Source: Candidatus Latescibacterota bacterium (GTDB lineage: Bacteria > Latescibacterota > UBA2968 > GCA-2709665). From it: a stretch of 64,000 nucleotides of DNA. Each line of letters begins with the position of its first letter. Within the stretch, counting starts at the first letter, position 1. The translations under genes were made by a program, and so were the position numbers. The stretch is taken from the NCBI GenBank assembly GCA_965205485.1, contig OZ242180.1:4640001-4704000 (forward strand), read 5' to 3'. Below are positions 8,035-16,490 of the stretch, in pieces. The notes under the pieces are model-generated. The model did not search any database. It saw nothing but the letters and a program-made list of their open reading frames with translations, and was not told the DNA's origin.

Positions 8035-9270
8035 TCATGTCCTCCAGTAGGTGGATTCGGGAATGGGCATGTAGTTCACGTCGAGGTGCGGCGTCTGGAC
8101 GCGGGACTGGTCCTGATTCAGACTGTCCACGCCCGCAGCCACGAGTCCGGTGGTCAGCAGCGTCCGTTCGACGGGGTACGTGGCTATTCCGCTGAGGAAC
8201 ATCTTCTCTACGTTGTTGACCTGAGGCGAGAAGAAGTTCGCCAGCGTTGTGTACGCGGGCGGCATCGGCAGGTACATCTGCGTGGACAGGGGATTGTTCC
8301 TTCCCGGCAGGCGCGCGGCGAAATTGAAGTCCCGCACCACGCCATTGAGCAGAATCATGGTGGATATCAGGCCGTCGTTGTGTTCGTACCGGTAGGCAAT
8401 CGGATCATCGTCCAGCGACTTCATTTCATCCAGAGTCGGTAACACGTGACTGAACCCCGGACGCGGTTGCGCCAGCGTATGGCTGCGAGACAGACAGGCT
8501 TCGAACAGCTCCCGCGACCAAACCCGGCCATGATGGGCCTCCCAGAAGCGTTCGCCCCGGTACGTGTCGATCCAGCGGACGCCCGACTCGCCTCCGCAGC
8601 GCCGTTCGACCATGCACTGCAGCGTCTCCAGAGCGTGGAAATCGTAGCTGTCCACCCCGCCGTAACCGATGCACATGGCTTCGGTCACGCGGGCGCCCAG
8701 CGGCATATCGATGGAGGGTGTACGCCACGTCACAGGAAGCGACGAGCCCGCCATGAAGGCAAAACCCATCTCCCGAGAAATATCGTACATCTCCCGCGCC
8801 CATTCCCAGCGCCACGACAGATGCTTGTCATTGAAAACCGGCGCGCTCCTGCCCGAAGTGCGGTAAACGGCGGCGATCTGCTTGAACAACTCGTAACGTG
8901 GATAGAGGTGCTGACCCTTTTCATTGGTGCCGTACTCCCCGTGCTCGCCGACGAGCAGAACCCCGTCCACGGCCAGCTCAGGACCGCCCAGCGTCAGCGC
9001 GTCGGCGACCGTCGGAAAGATCGACAGGCCGGAAAAGCGGGCGGCCCGCTCCGCGCTCAGGTCGCCTTCGGGTCGCTGGTCCACGTACAGGGAGACCAGG
9101 TCCATCCGCGGGCGGTGGTGTCTGCCGTTCCAGCCGTAACCTTCGAGAAAGCGGTCGCAGATGTGCTGGGCATGGGAGTACTTGCGGTACTCGGTAACGA
9201 CGGCGGCGATCTTCGGTCGTTCGGCCAAGGTGTCGACGAGTCCTTGTGTGTCGCTTATGGAGGAGGTCAA
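8035..9270 (-). CDS. Uncharacterised protein, paralogue 1
   Basis: Same motif set; 4-nt overlap with the desaturase stop. Confidence 0.82.
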   Translation of the reverse strand: MTSSISDTQGLVDTLAERPKIAAVVTEYRKYSHAQHICDRFLEGYGWNGRHHRPRMDLVSLYVDQRPEGDLSAERAARFSGLSIFPTVADALTLGGPELAVDGVLLVGEHGEYGTNEKGQHLYPRYELFKQIAAVYRTSGRSAPVFNDKHLSWRWEWAREMYDISREMGFAFMAGSSLPVTWRTPSIDMPLGARVTEAMCIGYGGVDSYDFHALETLQCMVERRCGGESGVRWIDTYRGERFWEAHHGRVWSRELFEACLSRSHTLAQPRPGFSHVLPTLDEMKSLDDDPIAYRYEHNDGLISTMILLNGVVRDFNFAARLPGRNNPLSTQMYLPMPPAYTTLANFFSPQVNNVEKMFLSGIATYPVERTLLTTGLVAAGVDSLNQDQSRVQTPHLDVNYMPIPESTYWRT

Positions 9271-10337
9271 TCTGCGGGCTTCGGCTCGTAATCGTCCGCT
9301 CGCGCGGGCAGTTCAGCCGCAAACTGGTATCCGAAGTCCGCCTTCTGCCTCTTGAGAATGCCGATTATCTGCTTCCAGCAGGAGAAGAGGCCGACGGGAC
9401 ACCGGGGCATGTCCGCCAAGATCAACCTATGCAGCTTCCCCAGACGATAACAGGGAACCGCGGCGTACATGTGATGTTCGATATGGTAGTTCATGTGCCA
9501 ATAAAGAAAGCGGAACAGCGGGTTCAGAATGACCGTCCGGCTGTTCAACCGGAAGTCGGGCACATTGTCCTGAAGCCCCACGTGCTGCGTATTGTTGCAG
9601 AGGAAGAGCAGCCACCCGCCGTAGAAGGGAGCCAGCGTGACCAGCAGCGGAAGCATCCACAGGCCGAAATAGAGCGACACAACTGCGATTGCCGCGTGCC
9701 CCGCAAGCAGGATTCGGGCCCAGTTGAACAGGCGGCGCCGCAGCGCGGGTTCCGACTCGGGAAACAGCACGCGCTCCCAGGGACCCTCCAGCCGGCCCAG
9801 ACTCAGCCGGACCACGCCCTTCAGCCTGTTATAGAGACCCCATGGATTGACGACCGCGGCCTTGAGAAAGCTCCGGAGCGTTATTTCTACCGGCAGGACA
9901 ACCTCCATATCGTCGGGAGGATGAAGCGTGTACTGATGGTGCTTGGAGTGGCTGGTCCAGAAGAATACGGGATTGTACCAGCCCATGAAACTGAAGACCT
10001 TGAGAAACACCACGTTCAACCACCTCGATCTGAACACCGTGCCGTGGCAGAACTCATGAAACCCGTTCAACAAAAACGCGTACCCGGTACCGTGCAGAAA
10101 AAGAGCCAGGATCAGGAAGGGCGGCGCAAGATGTTCGGATGCAACCCATGCAAACACGCCTGTAAGCGTGAGCACGCCGAGGTGGCCCAGGGTCTGCAGG
10201 AACCCCAGCAAGTCGCTGCGCCGATTCAATGCGTTCAGCGTCTCACGGTCCAGCGGACAACGGTACCAGCTGATCTTCCGTTTACTCCTTGCGTCCATAA
10301 ATCCATCCCAGGTCGTCCCGGGAACGGCATCGCGCAT
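9267..10337 (-). CDS. Membrane fatty-acid desaturase / di-iron hydroxylase superfamily protein (MocD-like)
   Basis: His boxes HEFCH, HSKHH, HIEHH plus hydrophobic segments; start uncertain. Confidence 0.9.
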   Translation of the reverse strand: MRDAVPGTTWDGFMDARSKRKISWYRCPLDRETLNALNRRSDLLGFLQTLGHLGVLTLTGVFAWVASEHLAPPFLILALFLHGTGYAFLLNGFHEFCHGTVFRSRWLNVVFLKVFSFMGWYNPVFFWTSHSKHHQYTLHPPDDMEVVLPVEITLRSFLKAAVVNPWGLYNRLKGVVRLSLGRLEGPWERVLFPESEPALRRRLFNWARILLAGHAAIAVVSLYFGLWMLPLLVTLAPFYGGWLLFLCNNTQHVGLQDNVPDFRLNSRTVILNPLFRFLYWHMNYHIEHHMYAAVPCYRLGKLHRLILADMPRCPVGLFSCWKQIIGILKRQKADFGYQFAAELPARADDYEPKPAD

Positions 10338-10349
10338 TCCGCGACGAAG

Positions 10350-11318
10350 TCACCGTTTGCTTGCCGCCACGCCGTTCCGCAACACGCCGATTCCCGAAAT
10401 CTCGATTTCCACGCGGTCCCCCGGCTTCATGAAGGTCCCCGTGGTCGCGCCCACTCCGGAGATCGTTCCCGTGCTGATCAGGTCGCCGGGCTCGAGCGTG
10501 ATGATGGCCGATATATACTCAATGATCATATCGACAGGGTACAACATCTGCCCCGTGTTGTTGTTCTGCTTTCTCTCTCCGTTCACGTAGGTGCTGATCT
10601 CCAGCGACTGCGGATCCCCGATCTCGTCAGACGTCACGATCCACGGCCCCTGGGGCCCGAACGTATCCAGCCACTTTCCGTTCAGCCAGTCGAACCACTT
10701 GTCGCGTTCGCGGCTGTCGGTGCGCTCCTTGATAACCAGGTCCCGTTCCGACACGTCGTTCATGATGGTATATCCGGCCACGTATTTCAGCGCCTCTTCC
10801 GCCTTGACGGCTTTCGCCCTGCGACCCATCACGACGGCCAACTCCCCTTCCCAGTCGATCGACCTGGCAACGGGCGGAATCAGAATGCGGTCTCCGGGGC
10901 CGATCACGGTCGTAGAGGGCGGCTTCATGAATACACGGGGCGTTTCGCTGTCCTGGATTGCTATTTTACCCCCTCCTTCTTCAATGTGGTCCTGATAGTT
11001 GCCCGCGAGGCAGAACACCTTGCGGGGATTCTGCACGGGCGCCCTGAGCCGCACCTTGCCGATCGGGTGGCCGAGCCGCCCGTCCGGATCCCCGCCAAGC
11101 CGGCCCTCGGCGAACCGTGTTGCCTGTTTCGCCGCGCGTAGGCCGGCCCCGCCCGCATCGAGAAGCGCGAGCATATCGCCAAAGTATCCACGCGCGTCGC
11201 GACCCTGCTCGCCTGCCAGTTCTCCTTCCGCCGCCGCGAGATCCACGACGATTCCGCCATCCGCCGCCACGGACCCGACGTACCGTTCTCTTCCGATTCC
11301 ATACGTAACGAGCTTCAT
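10350..11318 (-). CDS. Fumarylacetoacetate hydrolase family protein
   Basis: NYQDH, DWEGEL, NDVSERD, GKWLDTFGPQGP, TLEPGDLISTGT. Confidence 0.92.
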   Translation of the reverse strand: MKLVTYGIGRERYVGSVAADGGIVVDLAAAEGELAGEQGRDARGYFGDMLALLDAGGAGLRAAKQATRFAEGRLGGDPDGRLGHPIGKVRLRAPVQNPRKVFCLAGNYQDHIEEGGGKIAIQDSETPRVFMKPPSTTVIGPGDRILIPPVARSIDWEGELAVVMGRRAKAVKAEEALKYVAGYTIMNDVSERDLVIKERTDSRERDKWFDWLNGKWLDTFGPQGPWIVTSDEIGDPQSLEISTYVNGERKQNNNTGQMLYPVDMIIEYISAIITLEPGDLISTGTISGVGATTGTFMKPGDRVEIEISGIGVLRNGVAASKR

Positions 11319-11350
11319 TCCGCACCTCCTTTTTCCGATCAATTCACAAA

Positions 11351-11428
11351 CAGGAACTTACATGAATAAACAGGATGGACAGGACAAGGACCCAAAACCG
11401 ACCAGGATTTACAGGATCATGCAGGATT
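11351..11428. repeat. Degenerate CAGGAT short-period repeats
   Basis: CAGGA(T/C/A) six times, mostly in clusters 9-10 nt apart. Confidence 0.55.
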
Positions 11429-11580
11429 AGATACCAAGAACTGGGAAAAAGCCAAAAGCAGGACTAATGCCCGCTGTTCCGGGCCAAAGTGTCCCATACC
11501 GCAAATATACCGCCGTTCATCCGCCGGTTGATTCCGCCTCGCGTCGCTTTATGGATGGCTTGAGCATTTCCGGACGTGGT

Positions 11581-11750
11581 CATTGAGCATGCCTGCATTG
11601 AGCTTGTCGAAATGTCGAAATGCCCGTGTTCAGCAACCCTCTGTCACACTTTGAATGGATGAGCGCCTGGATTCGGGTTCACTATCTGAAACTCTCGCGA
11701 CCACCCTTCGCCGACCCTTCGACAAGCTCAGGGAGCGGCCAAGGGCTCAT
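11581..11750. repeat. Nested TTCGACAAGCTCA mini-hairpin repeats, both orientations
   Basis: CATTGAGCTTGTCGAAATG (11596-11614) inside a split copy; CCCTTCGACAAGCTCAGGG at 11715-11733. Confidence 0.6.
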
Positions 11751-11835
11751 GCGGCTTGACGGATGAATGCATCCGCGGTCGAGCGCAGGCAGGTCCTCAT
11801 CGACCCTATGCCCGCTCGACAGCGGAGACACAGAG

Positions 11836-12699
11836 CTAATCCGTAGAAAACGACAGCGGAAACGTCGGCGCGTTTGCCTGGTGTTTCGTACGGTCGGCAA
11901 TCTCCATCCCGTGGTATTCCTCAATGAACTCCGCCAGATTCCTGCTGGCCTCTTCAAAGACGATCCTCCCCTTCTCCGCGGTGGCCTTCTCAGCCTCGCC
12001 CATCACGCCGCTGTCCGTATACTGGCTCGTCCACTCGATCAGACCCATCGCTCCCTTGGCGAACAGATCCGTCCAGACGAATTTCGACCCCAGCTTGTTC
12101 GTTTTGGCGATTTCGCTCCTGATCCGGTCCTTGCGCACGCTCTTCGGATCCAGGTAGAGCATCATCGACGTCTCCAGCTCGCCCGCATGGGCGCAGCCGC
12201 CGGGGAACACGCTCTCGCGCCATTCCTTGTCGAAGTCCGGATCCACCCTCAGCAACTCCCACCAGGAACAGAATACGCAACTGGCATCCGTCTCGACGAT
12301 CGTACGCCTGGCCACCATGTCGACAAGGTTGTGGTTGGATCCGTGGCCGTTAACCAGGATCATCTTCTTGAAACCATGATAGGCCAGACTCTTGCAAATA
12401 TCCAGCACATACTGGATAAAATGCTCGAAGTGGATGTTCAATGAACCCGGAAAGTCCATCACGTGGTGAACGTAACCGTAGCTGACCGGTGGCAACACCA
12501 GGCTGAGCTCCGGTTTTCGCCGCGCGGCCTCCGTCGCCACCGCGTCTGCACAGAGGTGATCCACCTTCAACGGCAGATGGTGCCCGTGCTGTTCCACGGA
12601 TCCTGTCGGGACAATGGGTATCTTCCCCATCGCGACCGCCTCGTTCACCTCCGGCCACGTCAACTCGTCGAACCGGTAAATCTCCTTTACTGATGACAT
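11836..12699 (-). CDS. Creatininase family amidohydrolase
   Basis: LTWPEV, GSVEQHGHHLP, NGHGSN, HAGELETS. Confidence 0.92.
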   Translation of the reverse strand: MSSVKEIYRFDELTWPEVNEAVAMGKIPIVPTGSVEQHGHHLPLKVDHLCADAVATEAARRKPELSLVLPPVSYGYVHHVMDFPGSLNIHFEHFIQYVLDICKSLAYHGFKKMILVNGHGSNHNLVDMVARRTIVETDASCVFCSWWELLRVDPDFDKEWRESVFPGGCAHAGELETSMMLYLDPKSVRKDRIRSEIAKTNKLGSKFVWTDLFAKGAMGLIEWTSQYTDSGVMGEAEKATAEKGRIVFEEASRNLAEFIEEYHGMEIADRTKHQANAPTFPLSFSTD

Positions 12700-12715
12700 G
12701 CGAAGCCTCCGCCGT

Positions 12716-13495
12716 TCATCTGCCGATGATATACCTGTAGGGATCCACCTCTTCCCTGAGGATACGCAATTCCTCGTCGTCCGGCGGCGCCGTTTCACGC
12801 ACGTCAGACGCCTGCAACAACTCGAATCCGGTGTTTTCCTGAACCCTTTCGAACGTGACCCCCGGATGCAGACTCTCCACCCGCATGCGGCAGGTTTCGG
12901 GATCATACCCCATCATTGCCAGATCCGTGATCACCTTATGAGGGCCGCACCCGCCGGGCAACCCTGCCGCCTCCCGGGCGCCCGGGCCAGACAGAAAGCC
13001 CGGGGTCGTCAGGAAATCCAGTCGCTCCACGAACCGCCTTCGATCGTGTTGCGTCATCACCATCGTGCGCCAACACAGACTGGCGAAGTCGTTCCCGCCG
13101 CCGCTTCCCGGAAACCGTACCCTGGGGTGTGTGTAGTTGCCGATCACCGTTGAGTTGAGATTGCCGAAAGGATCGATCTGGGCGCCGCCCAGGAAAGCGT
13201 AGTCCATCATCCCCCGCTGGCACGCCTCCATGACGTCGCCCATGCTGGTCGCCATCTGCGCCCGGTAGAACGTCCTCGAATCCCCAACCGATATCGGCAT
13301 GGACGGCAACAGGGGCGCAAGCCCGCCCGCCTCGAACGCCACGAGCAATCGCGGCGCATGGCGTTTCTGCGCAAGCATCGCCGTTGCGCACGGCGCGCCG
13401 GTTCCAACGCCCACGGTGGCGCCGTCCTCCAGCATTCTGGATGCGGTGCAGATCGCCAGTTCGGTGGCGCTGTATTCAGGCATGCGCTGTTCCAT
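12716..13495 (-). CDS. Family I CoA-transferase subunit B (GctB-like)
   Basis: VGTGAP, FEAGG, GGAQIDPFGNLNST, PGSGGGND. Confidence 0.9.
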   Translation of the reverse strand: MEQRMPEYSATELAICTASRMLEDGATVGVGTGAPCATAMLAQKRHAPRLLVAFEAGGLAPLLPSMPISVGDSRTFYRAQMATSMGDVMEACQRGMMDYAFLGGAQIDPFGNLNSTVIGNYTHPRVRFPGSGGGNDFASLCWRTMVMTQHDRRRFVERLDFLTTPGFLSGPGAREAAGLPGGCGPHKVITDLAMMGYDPETCRMRVESLHPGVTFERVQENTGFELLQASDVRETAPPDDEELRILREEVDPYRYIIGR

Positions 13496-13538
13496 TCCAC
13501 CTCGTCGCCGGGTTTCGCCGGAGCCTTCTTCCACCATA

Positions 13539-13700
13539 GCAGTCCGTTGATAAAGTCGCTCTGCAGGCGAGGCCGAGCCATTGTGGTCGAAGACAAGGCG
13601 CGCGACCGAGTCCCATCCTGCGATTCGGCGAGGAAGCGCAACGCAGTATTTCGACCGCAAGGGCCGGCCGTAGCCCGGATGGGCTTTTTCAACGGGCTGT
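13539..13700. mobile_element. MITE family A, 162-bp copy
   Basis: Imperfect TIRs CAGTCCGTTGATAAAGTC / GGCTTTTTCAACGGGCTG; TA on both flanks; near-identical to 58823-59132 apart from an internal module. Confidence 0.85.
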
Positions 13701-13712
13701 TAGGGGCTATAA

Positions 13713-14705
13713 CTACGGATGCAACTCCATTCGCCGCAGTTCCTCCAGGCGTCCCGTGCCGCCACACAGGCGCACGTACTCCTCAAAACCGGCGACCCCA
13801 TAGATATGTTTCTCAAGAAAGGCCTCAAACCGCTCCTCATCCCGTTCGACATCCAGCCATTCCTGAAGGTGGTCCTCGTCCGAGAAATACTCACCCGCCA
13901 TGTTTCCCGGGTACGAACCGAACGGCACCTCGCAGACCGCGTCTACACAGAACGCGGGAATCACGGTGGCTTCCGGCGTCCGGCGGATCTCATCGGTGCT
14001 GACGAGTCTCTCCGTGGTAACGACCAGCCGTTTGGAGGCGCGCGCGAGGTCGAAGTCCGCAACGGCGATCCCGCGAATCCGGCAGTTTCCGCACGGATCG
14101 CTTTCATGCACGTGGATAAACGAAACGTCGGGATAGAGCGCGGGCACAGCCAGAAGCTTGCGCCCGGTAAATGGACAGGCGATCTCCCTTGCAGCGCTGC
14201 GCTCGAAGGTGTCCGTTCCCAGCAGGCTCCGCATCGGTAAAAACGGCACACCCGCGGCCGCCGCACGGAAACGCGCGGCCAGGGCATAGTTCGTCCACTC
14301 ACATACGGCGACTTCGCCGCACTCCATCATACGCCTTGCCTGCGGCGACAATCCCCTCGCTTCCAACCCGACGATATAGGCCGCATCCACCCGGGACAAC
14401 AGCTTGCGGCCGTTCCGGTTTCCCGCGGACAGGATTTCGAAATCGTGGGTCGTCGTATGACCGGCGAAACCCAAATTCTCCTTGCCCTGCCGCAGGATCT
14501 CGTGCATGCACGCGGTAGATATACGGTTGGCGCCGAATCCTCCGGACGCGACGTAGTCGCCGTCTTTCACGAATCGTGAAACCGCGTCAGGGACAGTCAT
14601 CACCTTGTCTTCGAAGGCCGCCCGTTTCTTCCGGAAGACCCGTCGGGCCGCCTCGGGATCGGGATCTGTAAACAACGGCCCTGATCCGGCCGCCAGATCA
14701 CCCAT
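13713..14705 (-). CDS. Family I CoA-transferase subunit A (GctA-like)
   Basis: VKDGDYVASGGF, RFRAAAAGVPFLP, CPFTG, PFGSYP. Confidence 0.9.
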   Translation of the reverse strand: MGDLAAGSGPLFTDPDPEAARRVFRKKRAAFEDKVMTVPDAVSRFVKDGDYVASGGFGANRISTACMHEILRQGKENLGFAGHTTTHDFEILSAGNRNGRKLLSRVDAAYIVGLEARGLSPQARRMMECGEVAVCEWTNYALAARFRAAAAGVPFLPMRSLLGTDTFERSAAREIACPFTGRKLLAVPALYPDVSFIHVHESDPCGNCRIRGIAVADFDLARASKRLVVTTERLVSTDEIRRTPEATVIPAFCVDAVCEVPFGSYPGNMAGEYFSDEDHLQEWLDVERDEERFEAFLEKHIYGVAGFEEYVRLCGGTGRLEELRRMELHP

Positions 14706-15663
14706 TTTTTACGCCCTCTTCGGCTTCCAGGAGCTCCGTCAACTTAAGCAGGGTCCGGTCCCGGCGCCGTATGAACTGCCCGGGATCGCCGTCGGAATAG
14801 CGGTAAAACCCCGAGCCGGACTTCGCGCCGAGTTTCCCGGCCTCTACGAGCGCATGCAACGTCTCGGGCGCTTCCCGGTCCACGCTCAAGCTGGCGAACA
14901 GATAGCTGCTGATGGCCGTGAACACGTCCAGTCCGCCCAGGTCGGCGGTGCGCAACGGCCCCAGAAAACTGTAACGCAGCCCAGGGCCGGCCGTCATCGC
15001 GGTATCGATATCCTCGGCGGAAGCCACCCCTTCCTGAAGCAGGTGCAGCGCCTCCCGGACCACGGCGAATTGCAGGCGGTTGCCCACGAATCCGGGAATG
15101 TCACGCCTGACCATGATCGGTTTCTTGTTCAGACTCAGGGCGACAGCTTTCAGGTGTTCCGCCGTTTCGTTGGAGGTCGTGTCGGCGCGAATGACTTCCA
15201 CCAGGGGCATCAGATGCGGTGGGTTCCAGAAGTGCAACCCTCCCACACGGTCCGGACGACCGGTCGCACCGGCAATGGCGGTCACGGAAAGGCCGGACGT
15301 ATTGGTGGCCAGAACGGTCTCATCCGGGCAGAATCTGTCGAATTCCGCGAACAGCTCCTGCTTTAATAACAGATCTTCGGTCACCGCTTCCAGAAGAAAA
15401 TCCGATCCGTCACACGCTTCAGTCAGATCCGTTGTCGCGGCGACCCGTGCTATAGAGGCGTCGGCGTCTCGCGGGAGAAGCAGGCCCGCGTCAACCAGCG
15501 CCTCCTGACCCATCCGCAGGCGCGCGATTGCCTGATCCAGTAATGCATCGCTCAGGTCGACAAGGCGGACGTGACACCCTGCCCTGGCGAACATGCCTGC
15601 GATTCCGGAACCCATGGTTCCCGCCCCGATGACCGCGACCGCGGATATCCCGGGTGAATCCAT
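14698..15663 (-). CDS. 3-hydroxyacyl-CoA dehydrogenase family protein
   Basis: GAGTMG, ATNTS, HFWNPPHLMPLVE, PGFVGNRL. Confidence 0.93.
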   Translation of the reverse strand: MDSPGISAVAVIGAGTMGSGIAGMFARAGCHVRLVDLSDALLDQAIARLRMGQEALVDAGLLLPRDADASIARVAATTDLTEACDGSDFLLEAVTEDLLLKQELFAEFDRFCPDETVLATNTSGLSVTAIAGATGRPDRVGGLHFWNPPHLMPLVEVIRADTTSNETAEHLKAVALSLNKKPIMVRRDIPGFVGNRLQFAVVREALHLLQEGVASAEDIDTAMTAGPGLRYSFLGPLRTADLGGLDVFTAISSYLFASLSVDREAPETLHALVEAGKLGAKSGSGFYRYSDGDPGQFIRRRDRTLLKLTELLEAEEGVKNG

Positions 15664-15719
15664 TCGTCCATCCGTTTCAAGGGAGTTCAGGCTTTTCGTG
15701 CACACACTCCGCCCGGCTT

Positions 15720-16487
15720 CTATACCGCGGTCCAGCCTCCATCCACCAGGAGCGTATGCCCCGTGATCAGGTCCGCGGCCGGACTCGCGAGGAAAACCAC
15801 GGCGCCCACGACGTCTTCGGGGCGGCCCACCCGACCCAGCGGTATCCGCTTCAGCAGATCCTTGCGGAGCGCCGGATCGTCGAATGTGGATTGCGTCAGG
15901 GGCGTCAGGATAAACGTGGGGCCAACGGCGTTTACGGTGATGCCGTGGGGCGCCCACTCGAGCGCAAGCACGCGGGTCAGATTCACCACACCGGCCTTGC
16001 TGGAACAGTAGGCCGCGCGCCGATAGTACCCGATCACGCCGTTCTGCGAGGCGATATTGACGATCTTGCCGCCTCCGGCGTTCACCATCCTGCGTCCTGC
16101 GCGCTGGGACATGAAGAACAGACCCTTCAGGTTCACGTCCATCACGGCGTCCCAGTCCGCTTCGTCGACCTCCAGCGCGTCTCTGGGTATATTCACGCCC
16201 GCGTTGTTCACCAGCACGTCAATCCGCCCCATCTCCGTCACGGCACTCTCAACCGCCAGTTCAATGCTCTTCAGGTCCGGCAGTCGAAGGGAAACGGGCA
16301 GCGCCCGCCGTTCCAGACGTTCGATTCCGTCGCAGACGTCCTCCAGGTCTTCGGTCCTCTCGGGCAACTCGCAAGGCACACAGTGCGCCCCGGCTTCGGC
16401 CACCGCCAGGGCCACGGCCCTGCCGATGCCGGAGCCGGCGCCCGTCACCATCACGACCTTGTCCTCCAGGCGCATGCTGGGCAACAC
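15720..16487 (-). CDS. Short-chain dehydrogenase/reductase
   Basis: TGAGSGIG, NNAG, YCSSK. Confidence 0.93.
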   Translation of the reverse strand: MLPSMRLEDKVVMVTGAGSGIGRAVALAVAEAGAHCVPCELPERTEDLEDVCDGIERLERRALPVSLRLPDLKSIELAVESAVTEMGRIDVLVNNAGVNIPRDALEVDEADWDAVMDVNLKGLFFMSQRAGRRMVNAGGGKIVNIASQNGVIGYYRRAAYCSSKAGVVNLTRVLALEWAPHGITVNAVGPTFILTPLTQSTFDDPALRKDLLKRIPLGRVGRPEDVVGAVVFLASPAADLITGHTLLVDGGWTAV

Positions 16488-16490
16488 GAT

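Noticed and set aside
8035..8037. Selenocysteine at the in-frame TGA
   Set aside because: It falls at the domain boundary where the paralogue also ends, not at a Cys-like site; no convincing SECIS; the downstream GTG has an RBS.
9246..11141. 631-aa plus-strand ORF, and similar long ORFs at 4547-5842, 18833-20287, 39293-40738 and 51273-52766
   Set aside because: All are antisense to clearly identified genes; long stop-free shadows are expected at high GC.
11351..11428. CRISPR-like array
   Set aside because: Units are only 5-6 nt with 9-10 nt period, there are no spacers of CRISPR size, and no cas genes in the window.
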